Assembly: GCF_000148385.1 (NCBI RefSeq)
Contig: NC_014537.1
Location: 2,220,001 to 2,252,000, forward strand
From: Vulcanisaeta distributa DSM 14429
GTDB lineage: Archaea > Thermoproteota > Thermoprotei > Thermoproteales > Thermocladiaceae
Direction: 5' to 3'
Length of the DNA stretch: 32,000 nucleotides
Shown: positions 26,374 through 32,000 of the stretch, in pieces
Numbering within the stretch: position 1 is the first letter of the stretch
Layout: the number at the start of each line of letters is the position of its first letter
Notes under the pieces: generated by a model
What the model was told of the DNA's origin: nothing
The model's input: only the letters and a program-made list of their open reading frames with translations
Databases searched by the model: none
Program-made: the position numbers and the translations under genes

Positions 26374-26529
26374 ATGCCCATTAGCGACCCCGAAAAGCTT
26401 AGAATAGCTGTTGAGCATAGGTTCAATTACTGGATATGCAGGGAGTGCGGGGCCAGAAACCCACCGGGTGCTGAGAAGTGCAGGAGGTGTAAGAGTAAAA
26501 ATCTAAGACCGAAGAGGTTCAAGAGGTAA
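26374..26529 (+). CDS. rpl40e: 50S ribosomal protein L40e (51 aa; below ORF-track cutoff)
   Basis: Hand translation gives [51 protein letters not shown]. The C4 zinc ribbon and basic tail are characteristic of L40e. Confidence 0.9.
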   Translation: MPISDPEKLRIAVEHRFNYWICRECGARNPPGAEKCRRCKSKNLRPKRFKR

Positions 26530-26606
26530 GGTGCTTAGTATCTCCGCTTTAATTCCTAGTGTATTACCTGTCACGTATATTTATCGTGGGTATTCCTCGG
26601 TCTTAG

Positions 26607-26620
26607 ATAAAAATATAAAG
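26607..26620 (+). promoter_or_regulatory. TATA box for downstream acidic-N-terminus ORF
   Basis: ATAAAAATATAAAG is nearly identical to the rpl40e box. It lies about 25-30 nt upstream of the ATG at 26642. Confidence 0.45.
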
Positions 26621-26641
26621 AGGCTGTTTGAGCTTTATGTA

Positions 26642-26953
26642 ATGGAGGACGAGGATAAATACGAGGAGGAACCTGAAAACGAAGAAGGTAACGAGGAGTC
26701 CACGGGCGGTGAAGACTACTCATCACTCATCGATAAGGCGCCTGAATGGAGCGTTGGCGTGATACTATATAACGGTAATGCATACCCACTGGCTAAGTCC
26801 AAGTTCAGGAGGAGCGAGTACTATTTCTCACCGAGTTGGAGACCTGTGGCTAAGAATGTGAGTGGTGAGGTTGTTGTTCTTAGGGATGGAAAGGTAAGTA
26901 GGTATAAGATAAGTAGGCGTGGAGATAAGTATCTACAGGTCGTTTTAATTTAA
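26642..26953 (+). CDS. hypothetical protein with strongly acidic N-terminus (103 aa)
   Basis: In frame with tracked ORF 26531..26953. The start was chosen at MEDEDKYEEEPENEE because of the TATA spacing. No family recognised. Confidence 0.4.
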   Translation: MEDEDKYEEEPENEEGNEESTGGEDYSSLIDKAPEWSVGVILYNGNAYPLAKSKFRRSEYYFSPSWRPVAKNVSGEVVVLRDGKVSRYKISRRGDKYLQVVLI

Positions 26954-26979
26954 TGAGCGCTTCACCATAGTATTACTTA

Positions 26980-28359
26980 TTAAAACCGAGACTTCTCGTC
27001 AATACGTCTCAACACCGCCAACAACTTACTAACAACCTCCACCGGGCTTTTACCAAGCACTACAATCTCAGGCTCCTTACCCCAATCACCGAGGTGGTAA
27101 ATAATGTCTGGTACCCTACCAACACTCTTTATTGCTTGCTCTGTACCCCAGGGTATTGACGCACCCTCCCTAGCCTTAACCTCAGGCGGCTCCTGCCTCC
27201 TATCATAACTACTAATTACATAGCCAAGCTCCTTCGCGGCCTCTATGATCCTATCATCATACTTAATATTCATCGCAGACCTGACCTCCGAGTCGTACTT
27301 CATTGCCGTAAGTATGTAACTGGCGACATGAGAGCTAACGCCAAAGGTTGGTGGGCCACTTGGCTTGGCTTTGCCCATGTACCTAACTATCCTGCCTGGT
27401 ATGGCAGCGACATCGTTTAAATCCCTGGCGTAGAAGGCAGGTAATGCATAGCCTAAATTCGATTGAACCTCGGGTATGTACTTCCCAATTAAGTCGGCGT
27501 TTTCCTCAATCATGCTTAATGCCTTATTCATCTCGTCAATCACATCAGCCCTGTAAGCCCTAAGTTCGAGCCATGCCATTGGGTTGACGGGTCCGTGACC
27601 ATGACCAAGCGGTAGTGAGTACTTAATGGCTGTCGTAATCAACTCCTTAGCCAGCTTAATGGCATCCCAGGGGCTCAAGCCCCTTGCCAGGCCTGCCGCT
27701 ATGGCTGCTGAGAAGGAGCATCCAGTTCCGTGGGTGTTCTTGGTATCAATCCTTGGGGCCCTCAACTCCCTGTATTCGCCCGTATCCCTGAAGTAAACAA
27801 TGTCAATACTTTCATTACCAGTTAAGTGACCGCCCTTAACAATGACAATCTCTGGATGAAGCTCCTCCGCTATGACCTTCGCAGCTCTCCTGGCATCGTC
27901 CAGGGTCTCAACACGGAAACCAGCTAGGTGTGATGCCTCGGGTGCGTTTGGGGTCACAACCTTGGCAATGGGTATTATAACGCGCTTCAGGGTTTCCATG
28001 GCCTCAGGCCTTATGAGTGGGTCACCACTCTTGGCATACATGACCGGGTCGACAACCAGCGGAAATCCCCACCTCTTAACAGCACGGGCCACTGCCTCCA
28101 TTATCGGTGAACTGCTCAGCATTCCCGTCTTGGCGGCATCAACGCCTATGTCCTCGGCTACGGCATTTATCTGCGTCTCAACTATTGATGGGTCTATTTC
28201 CTGGACAGCCCTAACACCGAGCGTGTTCTGTGCGGTTACTGCGGTTAGGGCGACCATGCCGTAAACCCCAAGCGCGTGGAAAGTCTTTAAATCGGCCGTG
28301 ATGCCCGCACCACCGCCTGAGTCAAGCCCTGCTATTGTTAATGCCCTGGGTATCCTCAT
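26980..28359 (-). CDS. thiDN: bifunctional ThiD-ThiN: hydroxymethylpyrimidine/phosphomethylpyrimidine kinase fused to ThiN-type thiamine-phosphate synthase
   Basis: The N-terminal ThiD motifs are (TIAGLDSGGGAGITADLKTF, VVDPVM, GTGCSFSAAIAAG). The C-terminal extension of about 190 aa is typical of archaeal ThiN fusions. Length is 459 aa. Confidence 0.88.
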   Translation of the reverse strand: MRIPRALTIAGLDSGGGAGITADLKTFHALGVYGMVALTAVTAQNTLGVRAVQEIDPSIVETQINAVAEDIGVDAAKTGMLSSSPIMEAVARAVKRWGFPLVVDPVMYAKSGDPLIRPEAMETLKRVIIPIAKVVTPNAPEASHLAGFRVETLDDARRAAKVIAEELHPEIVIVKGGHLTGNESIDIVYFRDTGEYRELRAPRIDTKNTHGTGCSFSAAIAAGLARGLSPWDAIKLAKELITTAIKYSLPLGHGHGPVNPMAWLELRAYRADVIDEMNKALSMIEENADLIGKYIPEVQSNLGYALPAFYARDLNDVAAIPGRIVRYMGKAKPSGPPTFGVSSHVASYILTAMKYDSEVRSAMNIKYDDRIIEAAKELGYVISSYDRRQEPPEVKAREGASIPWGTEQAIKSVGRVPDIIYHLGDWGKEPEIVVLGKSPVEVVSKLLAVLRRIDEKSRF

Positions 28360-28476
28360 GCAAAATAATGCGCTTATTATGATTATATAAAGCTTTTATT
28401 AATGACGGTGCCCACGGGAGAGTAGGCTGAAAGTAATTAATTAATCGAAGTGATAATTAATGTATTGGTGAAGGAA

Positions 28477-28845
28477 ATGAAAAGAGCCCTGGAAATATTC
28501 CTCGTAATACTAATCACGGTGGTAACACCACTTGTGGTGCACGCGTCACAGGGCATTGGCAATATTAATGATGCTGCGAGCAACGTAACCAACACAATTA
28601 ATGACTTCATGAACTCGATAACCAATAGCACGGAAAACGTTATTAACACGGCATTAGCCAACTTAATATCCTTCACGAACTTCCTTAAGAACGTGATATA
28701 CAATGCATCAACAGTGCTTGCACTGCTCTTCGGGATTATTGGTGGCTTTCTATGGTTGTCAGGCATTAGTCCCTACCGTGGGCGTAGACTCGTGATATCC
28801 GCAATACTCCTCGCCTTATTAGCGATAATAATAGCCCACATATGA
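28477..28845 (+). CDS. small secreted/membrane protein with signal peptide and C-terminal two-helix hairpin (VirB2/TrbC-like topology)
   Basis: MKRALEIFLVILITVVTPLVVHA|SQG is a signal peptide. It is followed by an Asn-rich segment with 3 N-x-S/T sequons, then two hydrophobic helices joined by the basic loop SPYRGRR. Preferred over antisense ORF 28437..28766. Confidence 0.5.
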   Translation: MKRALEIFLVILITVVTPLVVHASQGIGNINDAASNVTNTINDFMNSITNSTENVINTALANLISFTNFLKNVIYNASTVLALLFGIIGGFLWLSGISPYRGRRLVISAILLALLAIIIAHI

Positions 28846-28887
28846 GTGAGCAAATGATTTAAGGGGGCCTAATGACGCGGTGATTCA

Positions 28888-29184
28888 ATGCTCATTAACG
28901 TTCTTAGGAGCATGGGTTTCAGGAGAAGTGATGATGGTGATTACTGGTTTAAGGACTACGGAAATAACGTAATGCTCAAGGTGGCGTCCCAAGGCCTAAA
29001 TGAAGTGGAGATTGAATTAGACATGCCAATGCCAACGGGCATAAACCTACAATCACTGAGTAATCCTGAGGAGGTGATAAAATCGATAATAAACTCGCCA
29101 ATTACTAAGGACATACTACAATCACTACTTCATGCATTAAGCGACCTAATGAGCCTGAGGATGATAATAAGCATGATTAATTAA
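28888..29184 (+). CDS. hypothetical protein (98 aa)
   Basis: ORF only. Co-directional with, and 42 nt downstream of, the preceding small membrane protein. Confidence 0.35.
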   Translation: MLINVLRSMGFRRSDDGDYWFKDYGNNVMLKVASQGLNEVEIELDMPMPTGINLQSLSNPEEVIKSIINSPITKDILQSLLHALSDLMSLRMIISMIN

Positions 29185-29534
29185 GAGCTCCTGGCTTGAG
29201 CCGTTGATTGCCTAATCCTAACTAATTCCCTAGCTATAAGCATGAGTAGTCTCCTCTTATTTATTGAGCCAAACCTTCTAATAGCCGATTCCTTCTTCAC
29301 AGCAACATAGCCATAAGGCCCCTCAAACCAATTACCCGGGTGTTTCTTATCACCGTAAACCTCAAACTCAAGGCCAAGGTTACTAATCGCCTTAACTAAC
29401 TCGTCAATTGTCGGTGACTTAATAGCCACATTGCTGGGGACCTTCCTACCAAAGCCCCTACTCTTACTTGAGTCGAAATAAACGGTCCAAATAATCCAAT
29501 AATCCCTCCTATCCACGGTTATTAATGGAATCAC
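29181..29534 (-). CDS. srp19: signal recognition particle protein SRP19
   Basis: WIIWTVYFDSSKSRGFGRKVP.. and KKHPGNWFEGPYGYVAV match the SRP19 pattern (iyP.Y.D...sr..GRrvp ... yPr.w...GRV.V). Confidence 0.85.
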   Translation of the reverse strand: MIPLITVDRRDYWIIWTVYFDSSKSRGFGRKVPSNVAIKSPTIDELVKAISNLGLEFEVYGDKKHPGNWFEGPYGYVAVKKESAIRRFGSINKRRLLMLIARELVRIRQSTAQARSS

Positions 29535-29555
29535 TAATTAATAATGCTTAACCCA

Positions 29556-29957
29556 TTACTTCTCCAGGAGTACCGCATTGACTACGCCGTCCTGCCCAGG
29601 CCTCGACGTGACCACGGCCCTACCCCTCTCGGTCTCGATAATGGCACCTTTAACGATGATATCCCTCTTAGCCAACTCCCTGTTCGCTGGCGTCTCAAGA
29701 ACCCTGAGAATCTTCACCTTAACGGCCTTACCCTCCTTAGGTATGTACAGGTTAGCGTATTGAACACTGACAGCCTTAACCTTAACATTACCGCCAAAAA
29801 CCCTAATCACCCTTCTAACATCATTACTCGATAACGTGGTGTTGGTTGGCGGTCCACCACCAAGCGCCTTCCTCTTAACCTTATACGGCCTAGCCCTATA
29901 GCCGCCACTCGGCTTCTTCGTATCCCTGCCCTGGTAAAAACTCAGTAACTTAACCAC
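29556..29957 (-). CDS. rps8e: 30S ribosomal protein S8e
   Basis: YQGRDTKKPSGGYRARPYKVKRKALGGGPP.. is the S8e N-terminal signature. GTG start. Length is 133 aa. Confidence 0.92.
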   Translation of the reverse strand: MVKLLSFYQGRDTKKPSGGYRARPYKVKRKALGGGPPTNTTLSSNDVRRVIRVFGGNVKVKAVSVQYANLYIPKEGKAVKVKILRVLETPANRELAKRDIIVKGAIIETERGRAVVTSRPGQDGVVNAVLLEK

Positions 29958-29980
29958 GAAGACCCAACGCGGGCATTGCC

Positions 29981-29988
29981 TTTAAAAG
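29981..29988. promoter_or_regulatory. near-palindromic TATA element (TTTAAAAG) between rps8e and the C/D sRNA candidate
   Basis: It is 24 nt from the rps8e GTG (29957, minus strand) and 24 nt from the sRNA C box (30012, plus strand). Confidence 0.45.
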
Positions 29989-30011
29989 ATTTTGCCTCGT
30001 GAAAGTAATTA

Positions 30012-30061
30012 GTGATGATGCGTCCCGTTGCGGAATAATGACGAGCCTAACTCCTCGCTGA
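30012..30061 (+). ncRNA. candidate C/D box sRNA (2'-O-methylation guide)
   Basis: The order is GTGATGA (C), a 12-nt guide TGCGTCCCGTTG, CGGA (degenerate D'), ATA, ATGACGA (C'), a 13-nt guide GCCTAACTCCTCG, and CTGA (D). That totals 50 nt. It is intergenic, with a TATA about 24 nt upstream and a T-run (GATTTTG) just downstream. Confidence 0.55.
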
Positions 30062-30121
30062 GGTGCAGATTTTGCACATAAAATAATGTATTAAGGCATT
30101 GATAAAGCAGTGAAATAGGCA

Positions 30122-31498
30122 ATGCGTAATGTCGCAATTAATGAGTATAGGCATGAGAAGGCCTCCCTAGACCTAATTGAAAGACTCCACAGTAGGGTCG
30201 GTATTAAGCAAGGTGGGCATGGCATTAATGGGCTTAGGGAATTATTGAAGGGGAGGTTACGTGAAAACAGGAACTTAGTTCTCTCGCTAAGTCTCTGTAT
30301 GGGCTGCGGTGCATGCCTAATGGTATGCCCCGCATATCTAACGACGCGCAACATCAAGAATTCACCACTTGGTAGGATAGCTCTGGCAAGGTCATTAATG
30401 CGTGGTCCCGTTAATGAGGACTTAATAAACGAGGCATATACGTACTTTTGGCAATGCTTAACATGCAGGAGATGCGCCTGGACCTGCCCCTTCGGTGTCG
30501 ACGTCGCCGACATCTCAAGGACCATTAGATCGCTACTCTACGAAATAGGTTTGGCGCCTAACTACGTAGCGGGAGTAATAAATAACCTGGAATCCACAGG
30601 GAACTTCCTCGGCCTGCCCGAGGACGTAATTAAGGAAATAATACTAAACGTGGCCAATCAAATCAAGCTTGAGAAGGGCGTTGACATTAGGGTTAAGATT
30701 AATGAACCCGCCTACGCCCTGTTGCTCCCATCGGCCTGCGCCGACTATACGGTGGCTATAAACACGCTTAAGGGCTACATACTACTGCTCAATGAGTTGG
30801 GTATAGACTTCACCCTAAGCACTAGGGCGCCTGACATAACGAATTATGGCTTATTCATGGATGAGAGGCACATGAGGCTCATAGCGGAGAGAATCATTGA
30901 GGAGGCGCGTAGGTTAGGCGTGAAGTTAGTGATAGCTGGTGAGTGTGGTCATGGCTGGAGGGTGTTCAAGAACTACGTGGTGCCAAGGCTTAGGGAGTAC
31001 GGCATTGAGGGGACGCACATAATCTACATAGCCGCAGACGCCATAAGGAGGGGCTTAATCAAGCTTGATCCATCACTCAATGGCAACCTGACCTACATAT
31101 ACATGGACCCGTGCCACTACGCCAGGGGTGGGGACCTCACCAGGGAACCAAGACTCGTAATGAGGCATGTCGTGGCTCGTTACGTAGAGTTGAATGATAA
31201 GCCCGAGTTAGCGATATGCTGTGGGGGGACGAGTGGTATGTTGGCCAGGGAAATGGAGGGATTATCCATTAAATACGCAGAGCTTTGGTACTCAAAGGTA
31301 ATTGATAAGGGCGCCAATTGTGTGGTGGTGCCATGCGCAGCCTGTAAATTGCAAATGGATAGGGTATTACCAAGACTGAATAAGTTATATAATCGTGAAT
31401 TAACATTCACGGGACTAATGGACCTGGTGTACAAAGCTATGATACCAGTAAAGATAGGCACAGGCAAGGGTAAAATAGCTAATTCCAACGATGAGTAA
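30122..31498 (+). CDS. iron-sulfur protein with two 4Fe-4S ferredoxin motifs and C-terminal CCG domains (HdrD/GlpC/GlcF-like)
   Basis: CMGCGACLMVCP and CLTCRRCAWTCPFG are the cluster motifs. C-terminal cysteine-rich repeats (DPCHYARG.., ICCGG.., PCAACK) are typical of heterodisulfide-reductase D-like proteins. Confidence 0.8.
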   Translation: MRNVAINEYRHEKASLDLIERLHSRVGIKQGGHGINGLRELLKGRLRENRNLVLSLSLCMGCGACLMVCPAYLTTRNIKNSPLGRIALARSLMRGPVNEDLINEAYTYFWQCLTCRRCAWTCPFGVDVADISRTIRSLLYEIGLAPNYVAGVINNLESTGNFLGLPEDVIKEIILNVANQIKLEKGVDIRVKINEPAYALLLPSACADYTVAINTLKGYILLLNELGIDFTLSTRAPDITNYGLFMDERHMRLIAERIIEEARRLGVKLVIAGECGHGWRVFKNYVVPRLREYGIEGTHIIYIAADAIRRGLIKLDPSLNGNLTYIYMDPCHYARGGDLTREPRLVMRHVVARYVELNDKPELAICCGGTSGMLAREMEGLSIKYAELWYSKVIDKGANCVVVPCAACKLQMDRVLPRLNKLYNRELTFTGLMDLVYKAMIPVKIGTGKGKIANSNDE

Positions 31499-31794
31499 TG
31501 CCTTTAATTAAGTCCTTCAACTCCACCTCAATGATTGATTACACATTTTACAAACATGTCATGGAGTTTCTAGTCAAGTACCTGGGCCTTGAGAATGAAT
31601 TATTATACATGAGCGTCCTTCGCTATAATGAGACGGTAAATGGCGTGAAGGCCTTAGTAGCCATTTATCGAGTAAACAGAGGAGAACTAATTACTTACTG
31701 CGTAGTAAAATTCGATAATTTGGCAGGCAAAGCCGAGCCAACATGCAGTGAGGATAGGAAATACGTGGAAAGGATTTACGAGGAAATGACTTAG
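31498..31794 (+). CDS. hypothetical protein (98 aa), translationally coupled to the Fe-S protein
   Basis: Its ATG overlaps the preceding TAA (TAATG at 31496-31500). No family recognised. Confidence 0.4.
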   Translation: MPLIKSFNSTSMIDYTFYKHVMEFLVKYLGLENELLYMSVLRYNETVNGVKALVAIYRVNRGELITYCVVKFDNLAGKAEPTCSEDRKYVERIYEEMT

Positions 31795-31877
31795 CGTAAA
31801 GTTGGACCATGAGACCTGAAGCGCCGTATAAGGCATTACACTGAAAAGCTTAAAATTGCCCATGGGAATGATAGCTT

Positions 31878-31996
31878 GGGGCCGTAGTCTAGCCTGGCTA
31901 GGATGCACCAGGTTATGCCCTGGGTCCAACGGCCTGGGGAGCAATCCCCGCACGGTACGCCGGTGATCCCGGGTTCAAATCCCGGCGGCCCCACCA
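31878..31996 (+). tRNA. tRNA-Pro (anticodon GGG) with two intervening sequences (about 23 nt near position 27/28 and about 18 nt at 37/38 or 38/39), CCA encoded
   Basis: Acceptor GGGGCCG/CGGCCCC, D-arm GTCT..GGAT, T-arm CCGGG-TTCAAAT-CCCGG, and A73-CCA. The 119-nt length needs 41 extra nt. Removing ACCAGGTTATGCCCTGGGTCCAA and about 18 nt (GCAATCCCCGCACGGTAC) gives anticodon stem CCGGC/GCCGG with loop CTGGGGA. Boundaries are uncertain by 1-2 nt. Confidence 0.75.
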
Positions 31997-32000
31997 CGGA

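Noticed and set aside
26236-26418. A 60-aa minus-strand ORF.
   Set aside because: It overlaps the promoter and 5' end of the clearly real rpl40e gene on the other strand, and its sequence is hydrophobic and low-complexity.
28437-28766. A 109-aa minus-strand ORF almost fully overlapping the 28450..28845 plus-strand ORF.
   Set aside because: Only one is likely real. The plus-strand product has a coherent signal peptide plus helical hairpin, a TATA-like AT-rich box upstream, and a co-directional downstream gene. The minus ORF has no promoter space. This call remains uncertain.
30091-30525. A 144-aa minus-strand ORF.
   Set aside because: It is antisense to the N-terminal 4Fe-4S motifs of the Fe-S protein, whose motifs are unambiguous, and it also overlaps the sRNA/promoter region.
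31687-31953. An 88-aa minus-strand ORF.
   Set aside because: It runs antisense through the tRNA-Pro gene and the 3' end of the 31498..31794 ORF, so it is an artefact.
1-32000. I scanned for CRISPR arrays, IS/transposase genes, integrases, long direct or inverted repeats, and rRNA.
   Set aside because: Nothing of this kind was seen by eye. The only mobile-element signature is the intein and homing-endonuclease insertion in the helicase.

Overview
This is a compact window of mostly housekeeping genes. It looks like a hyperthermophilic crenarchaeon, probably Thermoproteales-like. That is inferred from a multi-intron tRNA, TATA boxes about 25-30 nt upstream of start codons (leaderless pattern), the gene set (egsA, Thi4, ThiDN, ADP-forming acetyl-CoA synthetase, PGI/PMI, L40e, S8e, SRP19) and frequent 4-nt gene overlaps. 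Recognisable content includes lipid, thiamine and central-metabolism enzymes, several transporters (PiT-like, two MFS, NRAMP with a DtxR-family repressor, MarC), an HtpX protease and a secreted S53 (sedolisin-type) peptidase. It also holds two ribosomal protein genes (one missing from the ORF track), SRP19, two tRNAs (Asp-GTC; Pro-GGG with two intervening sequences) and a candidate C/D box sRNA. The standout is the 1035-aa SF2 helicase (12632..15739, minus). A 377-codon intein interrupts its Walker B/DExH motif (DE|CHH). The intein's zinc finger and LAGLIDADG homing endonuclease are encoded in the +1 frame, not in the intein frame. The host/intein frame stays open across the same roughly 820 nt, while the third sense frame is full of stops. 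This looks like a dual-coding, nested homing-endonuclease arrangement. Secondary items are a tightly coupled cluster of four small N-terminally anchored membrane or glycoprotein-like ORFs downstream of the helicase, a VirB2/TrbC-like small membrane protein, and a 117-nt convergent gene overlap at an AbrB-type gene. No CRISPR array, IS element or rRNA was seen.
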